Part shown: positions 12,221 through 22,269 of the stretch, piece after piece
Numbering within the stretch: the stretch's first letter is position 1
How the letters are laid out: each line of letters opens with the position of its first letter
NCBI GenBank assembly: GCA_963726195.1
Contig: CAVSBO010000003.1
Location: 608,001 to 672,000, forward strand
Reading direction: 5' to 3'
Length of the DNA: 64,000 nucleotides
DNA from: Candidatus Thorarchaeota archaeon
GTDB lineage: Archaea; Asgardarchaeota; Thorarchaeia; Thorarchaeales; Thorarchaeaceae
Notes under the pieces: model-generated
Told to the model about the DNA's origin: nothing
The model's input: the letters and a program-made list of their open reading frames with translations, nothing else
Database searches by the model: none
Position numbers and translations under genes: made by a program

Positions 12221-14302
12221 TCACAAATCACCGACTTCTTCTCCACCAGATGCCGGTAGCCGAATCTGGGATAGCAAGTCGCTTACATCCTCATCCCATG
12301 TGCCGTCCTCTTTGAGGAGCCTCTGATAGAGCGTGCTCATGTACCCACGGTAGGAAGTGACGCGTTGGCAACGAAGGCTAATGTCATGCTCCATTGCCCG
12401 CTCTTCAAGAGAGACTGCAAGCCTATGCGCAGACCTTTCCGGCACTCGAGACGCGATGTAGCATTTTCGTCCGTCGCCGCCTATCTCGACAGAGGATGAT
12501 GGCGTATGAAGCAGAAATGCTCTTGCCAAGCTGCATACTTGTTCAGGAGGACCGTCTGCGACGGTGAATATCGAATCGACGCCCAAGGGGTTCGTACTGT
12601 ACTGCAAGCGTATGACGCCTTCATCCCTCAACGAAGACAACGTGCTCTCCAGTTTCCGCCGGTCAATACCCACTGAGCGCAGATACGACTCCTGCTCACA
12701 GGCCGAGAGAAACATCTTAGTTGACACCACATCGAGGACCTTGGCCTCTGTCAAAGTTGGATGATGGGACACGCCCTGCCTCACGCCAAATTCGCTCTTC
12801 AGCCTCTGAAGTGTCCTCGTCTCACCCATCGAGTTCAGTATCTTGGTGCTGCCTATCGTCCATTCTCTCCTCTTTGTGCTGTAAAGCCCCAGGTTCACGG
12901 ATTTGGCTGAGAAGTCAATCTCCACAACCGTCGGCCTTACCCTCCGGACACGCTCGACCGCTGCAGGCGGCATGACCATGAGATGCACGTAGGGGGGTTT
13001 TTCGCTAGCGAATCCAAGTCGGGCGGTCCATGCAAGGTGTCTGTGAGGCCATCTGTGTGCTGTGCCGACATAAACAAGATTGCGCAGCCCAAGTGCGTTA
13101 TTGTTGACCTGAGCCCTGAGCCTCAGCCCGTGCACTAACATAGCAAGCCTATCACCCCAAGCTCTAACGGATGCGCGAGCATCCGACTTTGACACGGGAA
13201 GACGTGTGAGAATCCTGCCCGATGAGTTCAGGGTCTCCGCATAGTCATTGACTCTATCGACCCAGTTGGGTATCTGCTCTATGATCTCGTACAACGCTAC
13301 TAGCCAAGCGCTCCCCCGAATCGGTTCAGGTATCTCCATTCGCCCGGTACGGAGTTGACCCATGTCCGCTTCTCTCATAATCCTGACGTATTCCGGAGGA
13401 GCGACTCCGTCAACTCTACACTGGATGTGAGCAAAGGTGAGCCGCCTAAGAAGAGAGTGAGGAAGGAGTTCCTTCCCTAAGTCGACCGGGTCTTTCTTGG
13501 GAATCCTGTTCTTCGTGACCCAAGCTAAGAACGCCATGATTTCTTCTCTGGCTTGCGGTGGGAAGGAATTAGGTACCAATTGCTCAGTGAGCTCACGCAT
13601 AGTCTTTCCCCTGTGAAGACCGGGAATCTCGACTCCCTGTGTAAGACTAGCAATCGACTTCCAGGAAGGAGCAGGGCCGGCCAACAACTTGCGGGTTTGT
13701 TCTAGCACTTCCTCTTTGTCGTCGGACTCTGTAGAGGCTTCTATCGACCAGAAGTACTCCGAATCCTCTTCCAATGCCAGCATGGCCAACTCGTAAGGTC
13801 TTATCGTGTGCGACTCGTGAATCGCGCCAGTCTCAGGGTCAAAGATAGTGAGCCAATATGCCGGGGCCCCCACAATTTGCTGAACCCCGTACTGCGTATC
13901 GTATCTGTGACTGACGAGTCTAGATGTCCAACCGCGACTGCTCGGTGGATACATGTCGTCGACAATCGCACTGACCACTCGATCTTCGTATCCTCTGCGA
14001 ACCATCATTAGCGGTTTCATTCTGGCAGTAAGCGGCTTAGGGAGCTGCCGCGCCCCCGACACTCCAGGCTGACTTAGAAGAACTTCCTCGTGCAGGGTCA
14101 AAGCCATGTTCTGTGATTCTTCGACAATCTCGCCGGTCTGAAGAAAGACTCTTGGTCCTGACTCGGACCACCTCAGAACGCCCCATGCGCGTCCATAGTG
14201 GGGACCCTGCAACTCGACTTTGAGTTCTCTGATGTCAGGCATTCTAGCTGTTCCGGACTGTTGTCTTGAGAATGGAGTGAATATGCACTGTGGAAACATC
14301 AA
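12221..14302 (-). CDS. Large hypothetical protein with C-terminal HTH plus Lrp/AsnC-like domain
   Basis: 693-aa ORF; the true start is probably at MPDIRELK. C-terminal 'RRKLESTLSSLRDEGVIRLQYSTNPLGV' HTH and a ferredoxin-like segment. Confidence 0.6.
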   Translation of the reverse strand: MMFPQCIFTPFSRQQSGTARMPDIRELKVELQGPHYGRAWGVLRWSESGPRVFLQTGEIVEESQNMALTLHEEVLLSQPGVSGARQLPKPLTARMKPLMMVRRGYEDRVVSAIVDDMYPPSSRGWTSRLVSHRYDTQYGVQQIVGAPAYWLTIFDPETGAIHESHTIRPYELAMLALEEDSEYFWSIEASTESDDKEEVLEQTRKLLAGPAPSWKSIASLTQGVEIPGLHRGKTMRELTEQLVPNSFPPQAREEIMAFLAWVTKNRIPKKDPVDLGKELLPHSLLRRLTFAHIQCRVDGVAPPEYVRIMREADMGQLRTGRMEIPEPIRGSAWLVALYEIIEQIPNWVDRVNDYAETLNSSGRILTRLPVSKSDARASVRAWGDRLAMLVHGLRLRAQVNNNALGLRNLVYVGTAHRWPHRHLAWTARLGFASEKPPYVHLMVMPPAAVERVRRVRPTVVEIDFSAKSVNLGLYSTKRREWTIGSTKILNSMGETRTLQRLKSEFGVRQGVSHHPTLTEAKVLDVVSTKMFLSACEQESYLRSVGIDRRKLESTLSSLRDEGVIRLQYSTNPLGVDSIFTVADGPPEQVCSLARAFLLHTPSSSVEIGGDGRKCYIASRVPERSAHRLAVSLEERAMEHDISLRCQRVTSYRGYMSTLYQRLLKEDGTWDEDVSDLLSQIRLPASGGEEVGDL

Positions 14303-14393
14303 AGAGAAGGCAACCCCTCAATTTCCGGAACCAGAATTGACAGTTGATAGAATCAGGGCAAGGCTCATGAGAGCCACTGTATCGAATCTCATT

Positions 14394-14962
14394 ATGGAAA
14401 TCAAAACCGTCTACTTCGATGAAGCCTCGCCTGAGCACACTGATCGCGTGATTTCAACAGTGCATGAATTCATGCAACGTAACAAAACCGTGGAGCACAT
14501 TGTAGTTGCCACAACCGAGGGTTCAACCGGGCTCGCAGTAGCCAAGGCATTTCAGGACAAGAAGGTGGTCGTTGTCACCCACTCCTACGGATTCGCCGCG
14601 CCGGGTGAAAACGAGCTGAGTGATGAAAACAGGGCGGCAATTGAAGAGCTCGGAGCGAGAGTGTTGACTACAACTCATGCTTTCGCAGGTGTTCTCGAGG
14701 AATTCGCAAGGCCTTGAATACCTATCAGACTCCCGAGGTGCTCGCTGTTGCATACCGAACATTCGGTCAAGGTACGAAAGTGGCAGCAGAAATTGCGATG
14801 ATGGCCGCGGACTCAGGCCTTGTGCCAGTGGACAAGGACGTAATCTGCATTGCTGGCACCGGACGAGGGGCTGATACAGCTTGGCTGGTTCAACCTACGT
14901 ACACCAGCAGTTTCACAGAGCTCAGGATGAGAGCTTGCTTGTGCAAGCCGTTGGATTTCTAA
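14394..14962 (+). CDS. Pyruvate kinase C-terminal (alpha/beta)-like domain protein; frameshift near 14700
   Basis: Motifs IVVATTEGSTG, VVVTHSYGF, RTFGQGTKVAAEIAMMAADSG and IAGTGRGADTA span two overlapping ORFs. Confidence 0.85.
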
Positions 14963-16022
14963 CCAAACACCTGTTGAAACCTTTGAAGATACTCCTCTTG
15001 CTCCTTTGTAAGATGCTTGGGCACTCGTATGTTCACGCGGACAAGCTGATCTCCTTTCCTTCCATCAGCGGCATGAACACCTTTCTCCTTCATCCGTAGG
15101 ACGGTTCCGGACTGTGTCCCCTTCGCCACTTTGATCTTGCTGTTGCCATACATGGTCGGAACTTCGACTTCTCCACCAAGTACCGCAACGGAATACGGTA
15201 TCTCGTTCTCTAGGTAGACGTGGAGACCACGCCTCATGAAAACCTCATGTGGTTCTACGCTGAATACCACGATAAGGTCCCCCGGTGGACCTCTCCTCTC
15301 TCCCGCGTTGCCGCCGCCCGGATTCGCTGGTACATTCCATCCTCGACCCCTGCTGGAACTGGTATTCGGACTTCTCTTCGTTCCTTCATCACGCCAGTGC
15401 CTTTGCACTTGGCGCATGGCGACCCGATGCTCTGACCGAGCCCGCCGCAGGTCGGACATGTCTGAGCCATCGTTATGAAACCGGACATCTGTCTTATGAC
15501 CTGACCCCGCCCCCCGCATGTCTTGCAGCGGACAGGCGAGAATCCAAGCTTGGCACCCGAGCCATTACAGGTGTCGCATTTCACAAGACGTTGAAATGCG
15601 ATTTGTTTCTCGGTTCCGAAGAAAGCCTCTTCGAATGTGACGCTTATGTTGACTCTCAAATTGCCTCCAGGCGGCGGACCAGCACGACCTGTTCCAAAGT
15701 CACCGAATCCTCCGAATCCTGAGAAGTCCCTGAAAAGCTGACTGAATATGTCTCCGAATCCGGTGTCTGCATTCCAGTTGATGCCTTGAAAGTCAGTCGT
15801 CCCATATCTGTCATAGGTAGCCCTTTTCTGAGGATCACCTAGGATTTCGTATGCCTGATTGATTCTCTTCAGCTTCTCTTCTGCCTGCTTGTCGCCGGGG
15901 TGTAAGTCAGGATGGTATTCTTTTGCGAGGTGTCTATAGGCTTTCTTGATTTCCTCATCTGACGCACTGCGGCTTACGCCCAAGATATCATAGTAGTCGT
16001 CAGGCTCGGACAACGGAGTCAC
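14959..16022 (-). CDS. dnaJ: Chaperone DnaJ; frameshift near 15320
   Basis: J-domain with HPD, G/F-rich region and four CxxCxGxG repeats. The C-terminal domain ([16 protein letters not shown]) is in the second ORF. Confidence 0.95.
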
Positions 16023-16037
16023 CTTTGGCAGGCAATC

Positions 16038-17948
16038 TCAGCTGCCCAGATCTTCGAAGTCTACATCTACGGCGTCCTCTTCTTCATCTGACGGCTTCTT
16101 TCCCGGCGGGGGCTTGGGCTTCTTGGAACGCCCTCCTCGCGGAGCGGCAGCCGGGCCTTCACCATATCCCGGTCCACCAGGTCCTTGATAGCTTGGTCCA
16201 CCTGGTCCACCGGGTCCGGCAGATGCATAGATCTTCTCGCTGATCTTGAAGATAACCTGCTGGAGAGCGTCTGTTCCCGATTTGATGTTCTCGAAATCGT
16301 CACTCTGCATAGTCTTCCTCAGCGCATCGGATTTACTTTGAAGCTCTTTCTTCAAATCGTCTGGGACTTTGTCCCCGAATTCCTTCACCAGCTTCTCCCC
16401 CTGGTAAATCATCTGATCGGCGTTGTTCTTCGCTTCAATCTGTGCCCGGAGCTTGGTATCATCCCGAGCGTAGCGTTCCGAATCCTTAACCATTCTCTGG
16501 ACATCGGCGTCTGACAGATTTGTCGTTGCCGTGATTCTAATCGATTGCTTGTTGCCAGTCGCCATATCCTTGGCCGTCACGTTCACTATACCATTCGCGT
16601 CAATGTCGAATGCAACCTCAATTTGGGGCATGCCACGAGGCGCAGGGGGTATCCCGAGAAGCTGGAATCGCCCCAGCGTCGTGTTGTCTTTGGATAGAGG
16701 TCTCTCTCCTTGAGTGACGTGAATCTCCACTCCAGTCTGCCCGTCCGCTGCCGTGGTGAAGATCTTGCTCTTTCTGGTTGGAATGGTAGTATTGCGCTCA
16801 ATCAAAGGAGTTGCTACCCCACCGAGAGTCTCGACAGCCAAGGTGAGGGGCGTAACGTCGAGCAGGACAATGTCTTTGACTTCCCCAGAGAGTACTCCGC
16901 CCTGAGCTGCGGCCCCAAGTGCCACGCATTCGTCCGGGTTGATCGTCTTGTCGCCCTCTTTGCCGAAAGTGTCTCTGACACTCTTCGCAACCTGCGGCAA
17001 CCGGGTTGTTCCGCCCACAAGCAGAATCTTGTCAATCTGCTCCGGCTCCAACTTTGCGTCAACGAGTGCCTGTCTCAAAGGTGGAAGAGTAGCCTGCATT
17101 AGATCCTCAGTCAGCTGCTCGAATTTCGAACGAGTCAAATCAAGATGGATGTTCTTTGCTCCCGAGGCATCAGACGTAATGTAGGGGATATCAATCGTTG
17201 TCTGCATGACCGTCGAAAGTTCAATCTTGGCTTGTTCGGCAGCATCAAGAATCCGCTGCATTGCTGAGGCATTCTTCGTAATGTCAGTCTTGGTTGACCT
17301 CTTGAACTCAGAGACTATCCAATCAACGATCTTCTGGTCAAAGTCGTCACCGCCAAGGCGAAGGTTACCGTTAGTCGAGAGAACTTGGTACACGTTCTCA
17401 CCGATGTCAAGTATTGTTACATCGAACGTCCCTCCGCCGAAGTCGTAGACTAAGACTTTCATTTCCTTGCCTTTGTCAATACCATAAGCGAGGGCGGCTG
17501 CAGTGGGTTCGTTGATAATGCGTAGGACGTCTAGCCCCGCAATCTTACCTGCGTCCTTGGTTGCCTGCCTTTGACTGTCATTGAAGTATGCGGGTACGGT
17601 GATTACAGCCTGCGTAATCTTCTCTCCAAGAAATGACTCAGCATCCGTCTTCACCTTGCGCAGTATCATTGCTGAGATTTCCTGAGGTGTATACTGCTGG
17701 TCACCAATCTTCACTTTGTAGTCTTGGCCCATCTTTCTCTTTATGGAATGCACAGTACGGTCAGCCATCGAAACGGCTTGCCTCTTCGCCATCTCTCCGA
17801 CAATGATCTCTCCATTCTCCTTGATGCCCACGACCGAAGGAGTGATACGCTTGCCCTCGGCATTGATGATCATCGTGGGTCTGCCTCCCTCAAGGTAAGC
17901 CATTCGTGTGTTAGTAGTCCCAAGATCGATGCCAACTATCTTTCCCAT
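16038..17948 (-). CDS. dnaK: Chaperone DnaK (Hsp70)
   Basis: [34 protein letters not shown]. Confidence 0.98.
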   Translation of the reverse strand: MGKIVGIDLGTTNTRMAYLEGGRPTMIINAEGKRITPSVVGIKENGEIIVGEMAKRQAVSMADRTVHSIKRKMGQDYKVKIGDQQYTPQEISAMILRKVKTDAESFLGEKITQAVITVPAYFNDSQRQATKDAGKIAGLDVLRIINEPTAAALAYGIDKGKEMKVLVYDFGGGTFDVTILDIGENVYQVLSTNGNLRLGGDDFDQKIVDWIVSEFKRSTKTDITKNASAMQRILDAAEQAKIELSTVMQTTIDIPYITSDASGAKNIHLDLTRSKFEQLTEDLMQATLPPLRQALVDAKLEPEQIDKILLVGGTTRLPQVAKSVRDTFGKEGDKTINPDECVALGAAAQGGVLSGEVKDIVLLDVTPLTLAVETLGGVATPLIERNTTIPTRKSKIFTTAADGQTGVEIHVTQGERPLSKDNTTLGRFQLLGIPPAPRGMPQIEVAFDIDANGIVNVTAKDMATGNKQSIRITATTNLSDADVQRMVKDSERYARDDTKLRAQIEAKNNADQMIYQGEKLVKEFGDKVPDDLKKELQSKSDALRKTMQSDDFENIKSGTDALQQVIFKISEKIYASAGPGGPGGPSYQGPGGPGYGEGPAAAPRGGRSKKPKPPPGKKPSDEEEDAVDVDFEDLGS

Positions 17949-17950
17949 TT

Positions 17951-18559
17951 CTATTCATCTCCTGCCTTTGAGATACCCTCTCTGTCTTCTGATTCTTTTT
18001 CTACTTCAACAGGGGTCTCGTGCTTGTTGACGCATACTAGTGCTGGACGAAGGACCTTCTCCTTCAACATGTATCCTCGCTTGTATTCCTCCACGACGAT
18101 GTTGTCGGGTTTGTTTGGATCATATGTGCACTGAACAGCGTGCTGGTAGTAAGAATCGAAGGGTTTGCCAACCGAGTCTATTGGCTGGACACCTTCTTGT
18201 GAGAGCATCTTCGCCAGATTGGCACGTATGCCCGCAATTCCCTTCATCGTGGCCTCAGGATCTTTTGCGGAGTCAGCCTGCAATGCCCTGTCAAGGTCGT
18301 CCAGCACGTCTACAACTTTGAGCAGGACACCCTCGCTGGCGAATTTCGTGACCTCCGCATATCTGCTCTCAGTCCGCTTCTTGTAGTTCTCGAAATCTGC
18401 CTGCTGTCTTTTCAGCCGCTCAACGAGATCCTCATTTCTCAATCTCTCAATCTCAAGTGGGTCTTCGAGAACTATCTCGAAAGCCTCGGCCTGAGATTCG
18501 GTAGCAGTTGCTTCCGACGCTTGTTCTGTGCTCTGATCTCCTTTCTTCTTCCTAACCAT
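17951..18559 (-). CDS. grpE: Nucleotide exchange factor GrpE
   Basis: [14 protein letters not shown] and [14 protein letters not shown], directly upstream of dnaK. Confidence 0.96.
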   Translation of the reverse strand: MVRKKKGDQSTEQASEATATESQAEAFEIVLEDPLEIERLRNEDLVERLKRQQADFENYKKRTESRYAEVTKFASEGVLLKVVDVLDDLDRALQADSAKDPEATMKGIAGIRANLAKMLSQEGVQPIDSVGKPFDSYYQHAVQCTYDPNKPDNIVVEEYKRGYMLKEKVLRPALVCVNKHETPVEVEKESEDREGISKAGDE

Positions 18560-18817
18560 CGGAGTCTCCTCCGCCTATCTAGGAATACCCCTGCGATGCA
18601 AGCTGTACAGAAGCATCCCGAGTTCTAAGCCTCGGTCAATAGTACCGATGACTGCGCCGTTGTACTCGCCGGTGACTCTCCGGCGGACTGTCAGCTGTAA
18701 GAAGAAAAGCTTTCGACATGATGCAGCTGGCAACGAGGATGGCCTCGCAGAAAAGCAGTCACCCAGTTCCATCCACGACCGAAAATGACATCTTGTGAGA
18801 TGAGAGCATTCCTGACC

Positions 18818-19561
18818 ATGCCTCCGCGCGACAACATCCGACAGGCGCGACAACTTGTCGATGAAGCCACGAGAATATCGGCCCTCACCGGAGCTGGCAT
18901 AAGCGTCGCATCAGGAGTACCAGACTTCAGATCCGAGGGTGGGCTGTGGAAGAGGTACGACCCTCTCGAATTCGCCACTTATGAAAGCTTCCTCAGCGAC
19001 CCAGCTAGGTTTTGGACCATGGGCCGAGAACTGGCCGAGGTTTTTCTCAAAGCAGTGCCAAATGCGGCACACAGTTCCCTAGCAAGACTCGAGGAGCAGG
19101 GCAGACTGATCGGCGTGATAACGCAGAACATCGACAACCTACATCAAGCTGCGGGAAGCAAGAACGTAATCGAACTGCATGGCAACTATCTCAGGGCGTA
19201 TTGCATGACCTGCGGAAAGCTGTACGTAGGAGAGGGTGTGCATCGGCGAGTTGCTCAGGGTGAGATACCACCCAAGTGTGACAATTGTGGCGGTGTTCTA
19301 AAGTCGGAGGCTGTCCTTTTTGGCGAACCTCTGCCCCAAGATGCAATGCGGAAAGCTGTGGAGGTGTGTCGTAGAACTGACTTGATGCTGGTGATTGGCA
19401 CAAGTTTGCAGGTCTATCCTGCGGCGTATCTTCCTGAACTCGCAAAGAAGTCAGGAGCTAAACTAATCATCATCGATCTCGAAGGCAGGACGGACTCAGC
19501 AGATCTTGTTATCAAAGGAAAGGCCACCGATGTTGTTCCCAGAGTATTGGGATTGCAGTAG
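18818..19561 (+). CDS. cobB: NAD-dependent deacylase, Sir2 family
   Basis: TGAGISVASGVPDFR, ITQNIDNLH, ELHGN, CxxC...CxxC and IGTSLQVYPA. Confidence 0.95.
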   Translation: MPPRDNIRQARQLVDEATRISALTGAGISVASGVPDFRSEGGLWKRYDPLEFATYESFLSDPARFWTMGRELAEVFLKAVPNAAHSSLARLEEQGRLIGVITQNIDNLHQAAGSKNVIELHGNYLRAYCMTCGKLYVGEGVHRRVAQGEIPPKCDNCGGVLKSEAVLFGEPLPQDAMRKAVEVCRRTDLMLVIGTSLQVYPAAYLPELAKKSGAKLIIIDLEGRTDSADLVIKGKATDVVPRVLGLQ

Positions 19562-19640
19562 CTGTACTGCAAACAGCTCAATGAGTCACTCAGCATAATG
19601 CGAAGTCTTAAGCCGTGTGAGTCATTTCTCAGCAAATACG

Positions 19641-20606
19641 ATGAGCGAACTTGAATGGACCTTGTCCAGCATAGGCCAACTGGCGATACTGCTTGAAGCT
19701 AGTTCGCCCAAGCCGGGAAATGTAAACCGACTCAGACGGTTCTCTGATGCTGGTTATCGTCACTTCGTTGCCAGTGCTTGCCTTGCGGGAAGGGGTCTGC
19801 ACATTGCAGCGTCCAGAGGTGTCGAACTCGCTCGCAACACTATACAACCCAGTGATGTCAGGATAGGTGAAATCATCCACGAATGTGCGCTGGATGTTTA
19901 TACCGGCCTCAATAGAAGCAATACGATTCTCGGCACCATGCTTCTAGACATACCTATCATTGTCAGCTGTGCAGCGGCGGTAGAATCTGAAGGTCGATTC
20001 TCGATAAAGGGAGTGGAGCGATGGGCAAAGTCGGTTCTAAAGCATACTTCCGTTGAGGATACCTTGAATGTGTACAGAGCCTTCCATCTTGCGCGTCCCT
20101 GGGGCAGCCTCGACAAGGACGCACTGGGATGGACGGACGCTCACAGTCGCTTTGATATTGCAAATCCCGATGTGTATGACAACATCAAGGAGGACCGAAT
20201 CACTCTTTACGATCTATTCAGGGCCGCCGCAGATGTGGATATGATCTCCAATGAATGGTCACATTTCTTCCGAATCACTCTCCACGAGTCTTTTCCGTTC
20301 TTGGACAATGTAAGTCATGGGCTTGAGGATCTAGAGGAAGGAATCGTAATGACATTCCTGTATCTGCTTTCGAGACACCCTGATGGTCTTATCATCAAGA
20401 AGGCGGGTCGTGAAAAGGCGGAGGAGGTTAGGAGGGTGGCAGAGCAGGTGTTCGGGAACGTAATGAAGAGCGGAACCGCAGACCCGCTCCTGATTAACCT
20501 CGATGAATTATTGAGGAGAGAAGGAAATCTGCTGAACCCTGGTACGACTGCAGACCTAGTGTCCGCTGTCACAGTGTGCAAGCTGACTTCTCTTACGTAC
20601 CCGTGA
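19641..20606 (+). CDS. citG: CitG-like triphosphoribosyl-dephospho-CoA synthase family protein (archaeal type)
   Basis: LEASSPKPGNVNR, NTILG, DGLIIKKAG and LNPGTTADL motifs. Confidence 0.85.
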   Translation: MSELEWTLSSIGQLAILLEASSPKPGNVNRLRRFSDAGYRHFVASACLAGRGLHIAASRGVELARNTIQPSDVRIGEIIHECALDVYTGLNRSNTILGTMLLDIPIIVSCAAAVESEGRFSIKGVERWAKSVLKHTSVEDTLNVYRAFHLARPWGSLDKDALGWTDAHSRFDIANPDVYDNIKEDRITLYDLFRAAADVDMISNEWSHFFRITLHESFPFLDNVSHGLEDLEEGIVMTFLYLLSRHPDGLIIKKAGREKAEEVRRVAEQVFGNVMKSGTADPLLINLDELLRREGNLLNPGTTADLVSAVTVCKLTSLTYP

Positions 20607-20672
20607 ACAAGAATGCTTCACTAGCAAGTTCCGGGTCCACAAAACCCGGCCCAAGAGCTGGGTTCGCAATAG

Positions 20673-20954
20673 CTACATCATGAACTGCTTGAAAACGTGC
20701 TGGTATCTGGCCTGGAATTCCCTCGCCCTTTCGAGGTTGGCTAGGTAGAGCGGTTGTCGCATATCTTGGAGGTTCGGGACTTTCCTGCAGAGCTCTTGGC
20801 CGACAAGTTTCCTCAGAGCGAATGAGACTGTCCGAGGTGCAAGATTCACCTTGTTGGATATGTCCTTAGGGGTCATCGGTCCATCATGAGTCAACCGGTC
20901 TAGGACTATCATTGCACTCCTGGGCAGTTCCATCACGATGCTCATCTTAATCAC
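20673..20954 (-). CDS. Small winged-helix DNA-binding protein (MarR-like)
   Basis: GPMTPKDISNKVNLAPRTVSFALRKL HTH with a PNLQDMRQ wing. Confidence 0.8.
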   Translation of the reverse strand: MIKMSIVMELPRSAMIVLDRLTHDGPMTPKDISNKVNLAPRTVSFALRKLVGQELCRKVPNLQDMRQPLYLANLERAREFQARYQHVFKQFMM

Positions 20955-21149
20955 TCAATTTCAAAGCGGTTCAAGTTCTTATTGCTAGTTCTGCTTCCAA
21001 CAAATATAAGCAAATGTTTGCACGCATTCCGTGACGACGGTGAGTAATTACCTAGATTTGAGTCATAAACCTTGTCTCTCAGGTAGCATCATTGAAGAGC
21101 AGCGCATCACTTATTCGATTCCGATGTGATTATTCAAGGCGAGCGGAAG

Positions 21150-22136
21150 ATGAAGACGCGCGTGTTTGTCACAAGGAGAATACCTGACGAGGGTCTAGCG
21201 ATTATCAGACAGAATTTCGAAGCAATAATCTGGGAACTTGAGACACCACCAACATCAAAGGAAATCGTGCAGAATGCAGAAGGTTGCGAAGGGCTCGTTT
21301 CCCTCTTGTCCGACTCGATCAGTGCTGATGTAATCAAGGCCTTGCCCAAGTTGAAGGCGATTGCTCAGTATGCAGTTGGCTACGATAATATTGATGTGAG
21401 CGCAGCAACCAAGCGAGGCATCATTGTTACAAACACACCCGGGGTGCTTACAGATACTACTGCAGACCTCGCGTGGGCTTTGATAATGGCCGCTTCTCGC
21501 AGAATAGCTGAAGCGGACCGTTATGTCCGGTCTGGTCAATGGCGCGTCGCTTGGGGACCCCAATTGATGCTAGGCATAGATATTCATGGCGCCACTCTCG
21601 GCATAGTAGGAATGGGAAGAATCGGGGCGGCGGTTGCTCGGAGGGCAAAGGGGTTCTCCATGAACATTCTTTACACCGATGTATCGGACAGTCAGGAGGC
21701 ACAGTCCATCGAGAAAGAGACCGGAGCCACGAAGACGGATCTCCGAACTCTGCTTCGTCATTCAGACATCGTCACAATCCACGTTCCTTTGACAGCCCAG
21801 ACAAAGAAGATGATTAACGCAAGCGCATTTGCAGCAATGAAGAAAGGCGCAGTGCTAGTGAACACCTCTAGAGGCGCCGTCGTCGACGAAGAGGCTCTTG
21901 CCGCCGCTTTGTCAACGGGTCAGCTTCGCGCAGCAGGGCTCGACGTTTTCGTGGACGAGCCGCTTCCTGTGAACAGTCCACTCATGATCCTCCCCAATGT
22001 GGTGCTTCTTCCTCACATGGGCAGCGCTAGCTTCGCCACAAGATCAAGGATGGCAGTCATCTGCGCAGAGAATATTGTTGCTGCACTTAAGGGTACGCGG
22101 CCACCGAACATTGTCAATCCGGAAGTCATGCTGTGA
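21150..22136 (+). CDS. gyaR: Glyoxylate reductase / D-2-hydroxyacid dehydrogenase
   Basis: AVGYDNID, TNTPGVLTDTTAD, GIVGMGRIG, NTSRG, GLDVF and LPHMGSA. Confidence 0.9.
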   Translation: MKTRVFVTRRIPDEGLAIIRQNFEAIIWELETPPTSKEIVQNAEGCEGLVSLLSDSISADVIKALPKLKAIAQYAVGYDNIDVSAATKRGIIVTNTPGVLTDTTADLAWALIMAASRRIAEADRYVRSGQWRVAWGPQLMLGIDIHGATLGIVGMGRIGAAVARRAKGFSMNILYTDVSDSQEAQSIEKETGATKTDLRTLLRHSDIVTIHVPLTAQTKKMINASAFAAMKKGAVLVNTSRGAVVDEEALAAALSTGQLRAAGLDVFVDEPLPVNSPLMILPNVVLLPHMGSASFATRSRMAVICAENIVAALKGTRPPNIVNPEVML

Positions 22137-22219
22137 CATGGATTAGACCCGCATCTGAACGAAGGCCATTGAGTTCCGCGAATTGTCAGGATGGCACGCG
22201 GGCTGAGCCGGGCGGAGAA

Positions 22220-22256
22220 TAGAAAAAGAGAGGTATGGGGACTATAAGTCCCCATA
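22220..22256 (-). terminator. Hairpin plus pyrimidine tract downstream of S8 protease 1
   Basis: Perfect 10-bp inverted repeat TATGGGGACT-ata-AGTCCCCATA (22234-22256), followed on the minus strand by CCTCTCTTTTTCT. Confidence 0.65.
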
Positions 22257-22269
22257 GTGTTGCACTAGT

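Noticed and set aside
16038-16225. GPGGPGGP and Pro/Lys repeats at the DnaK C-terminus
   Set aside because: Low-complexity Gly/Pro tails are common in Hsp70 proteins.
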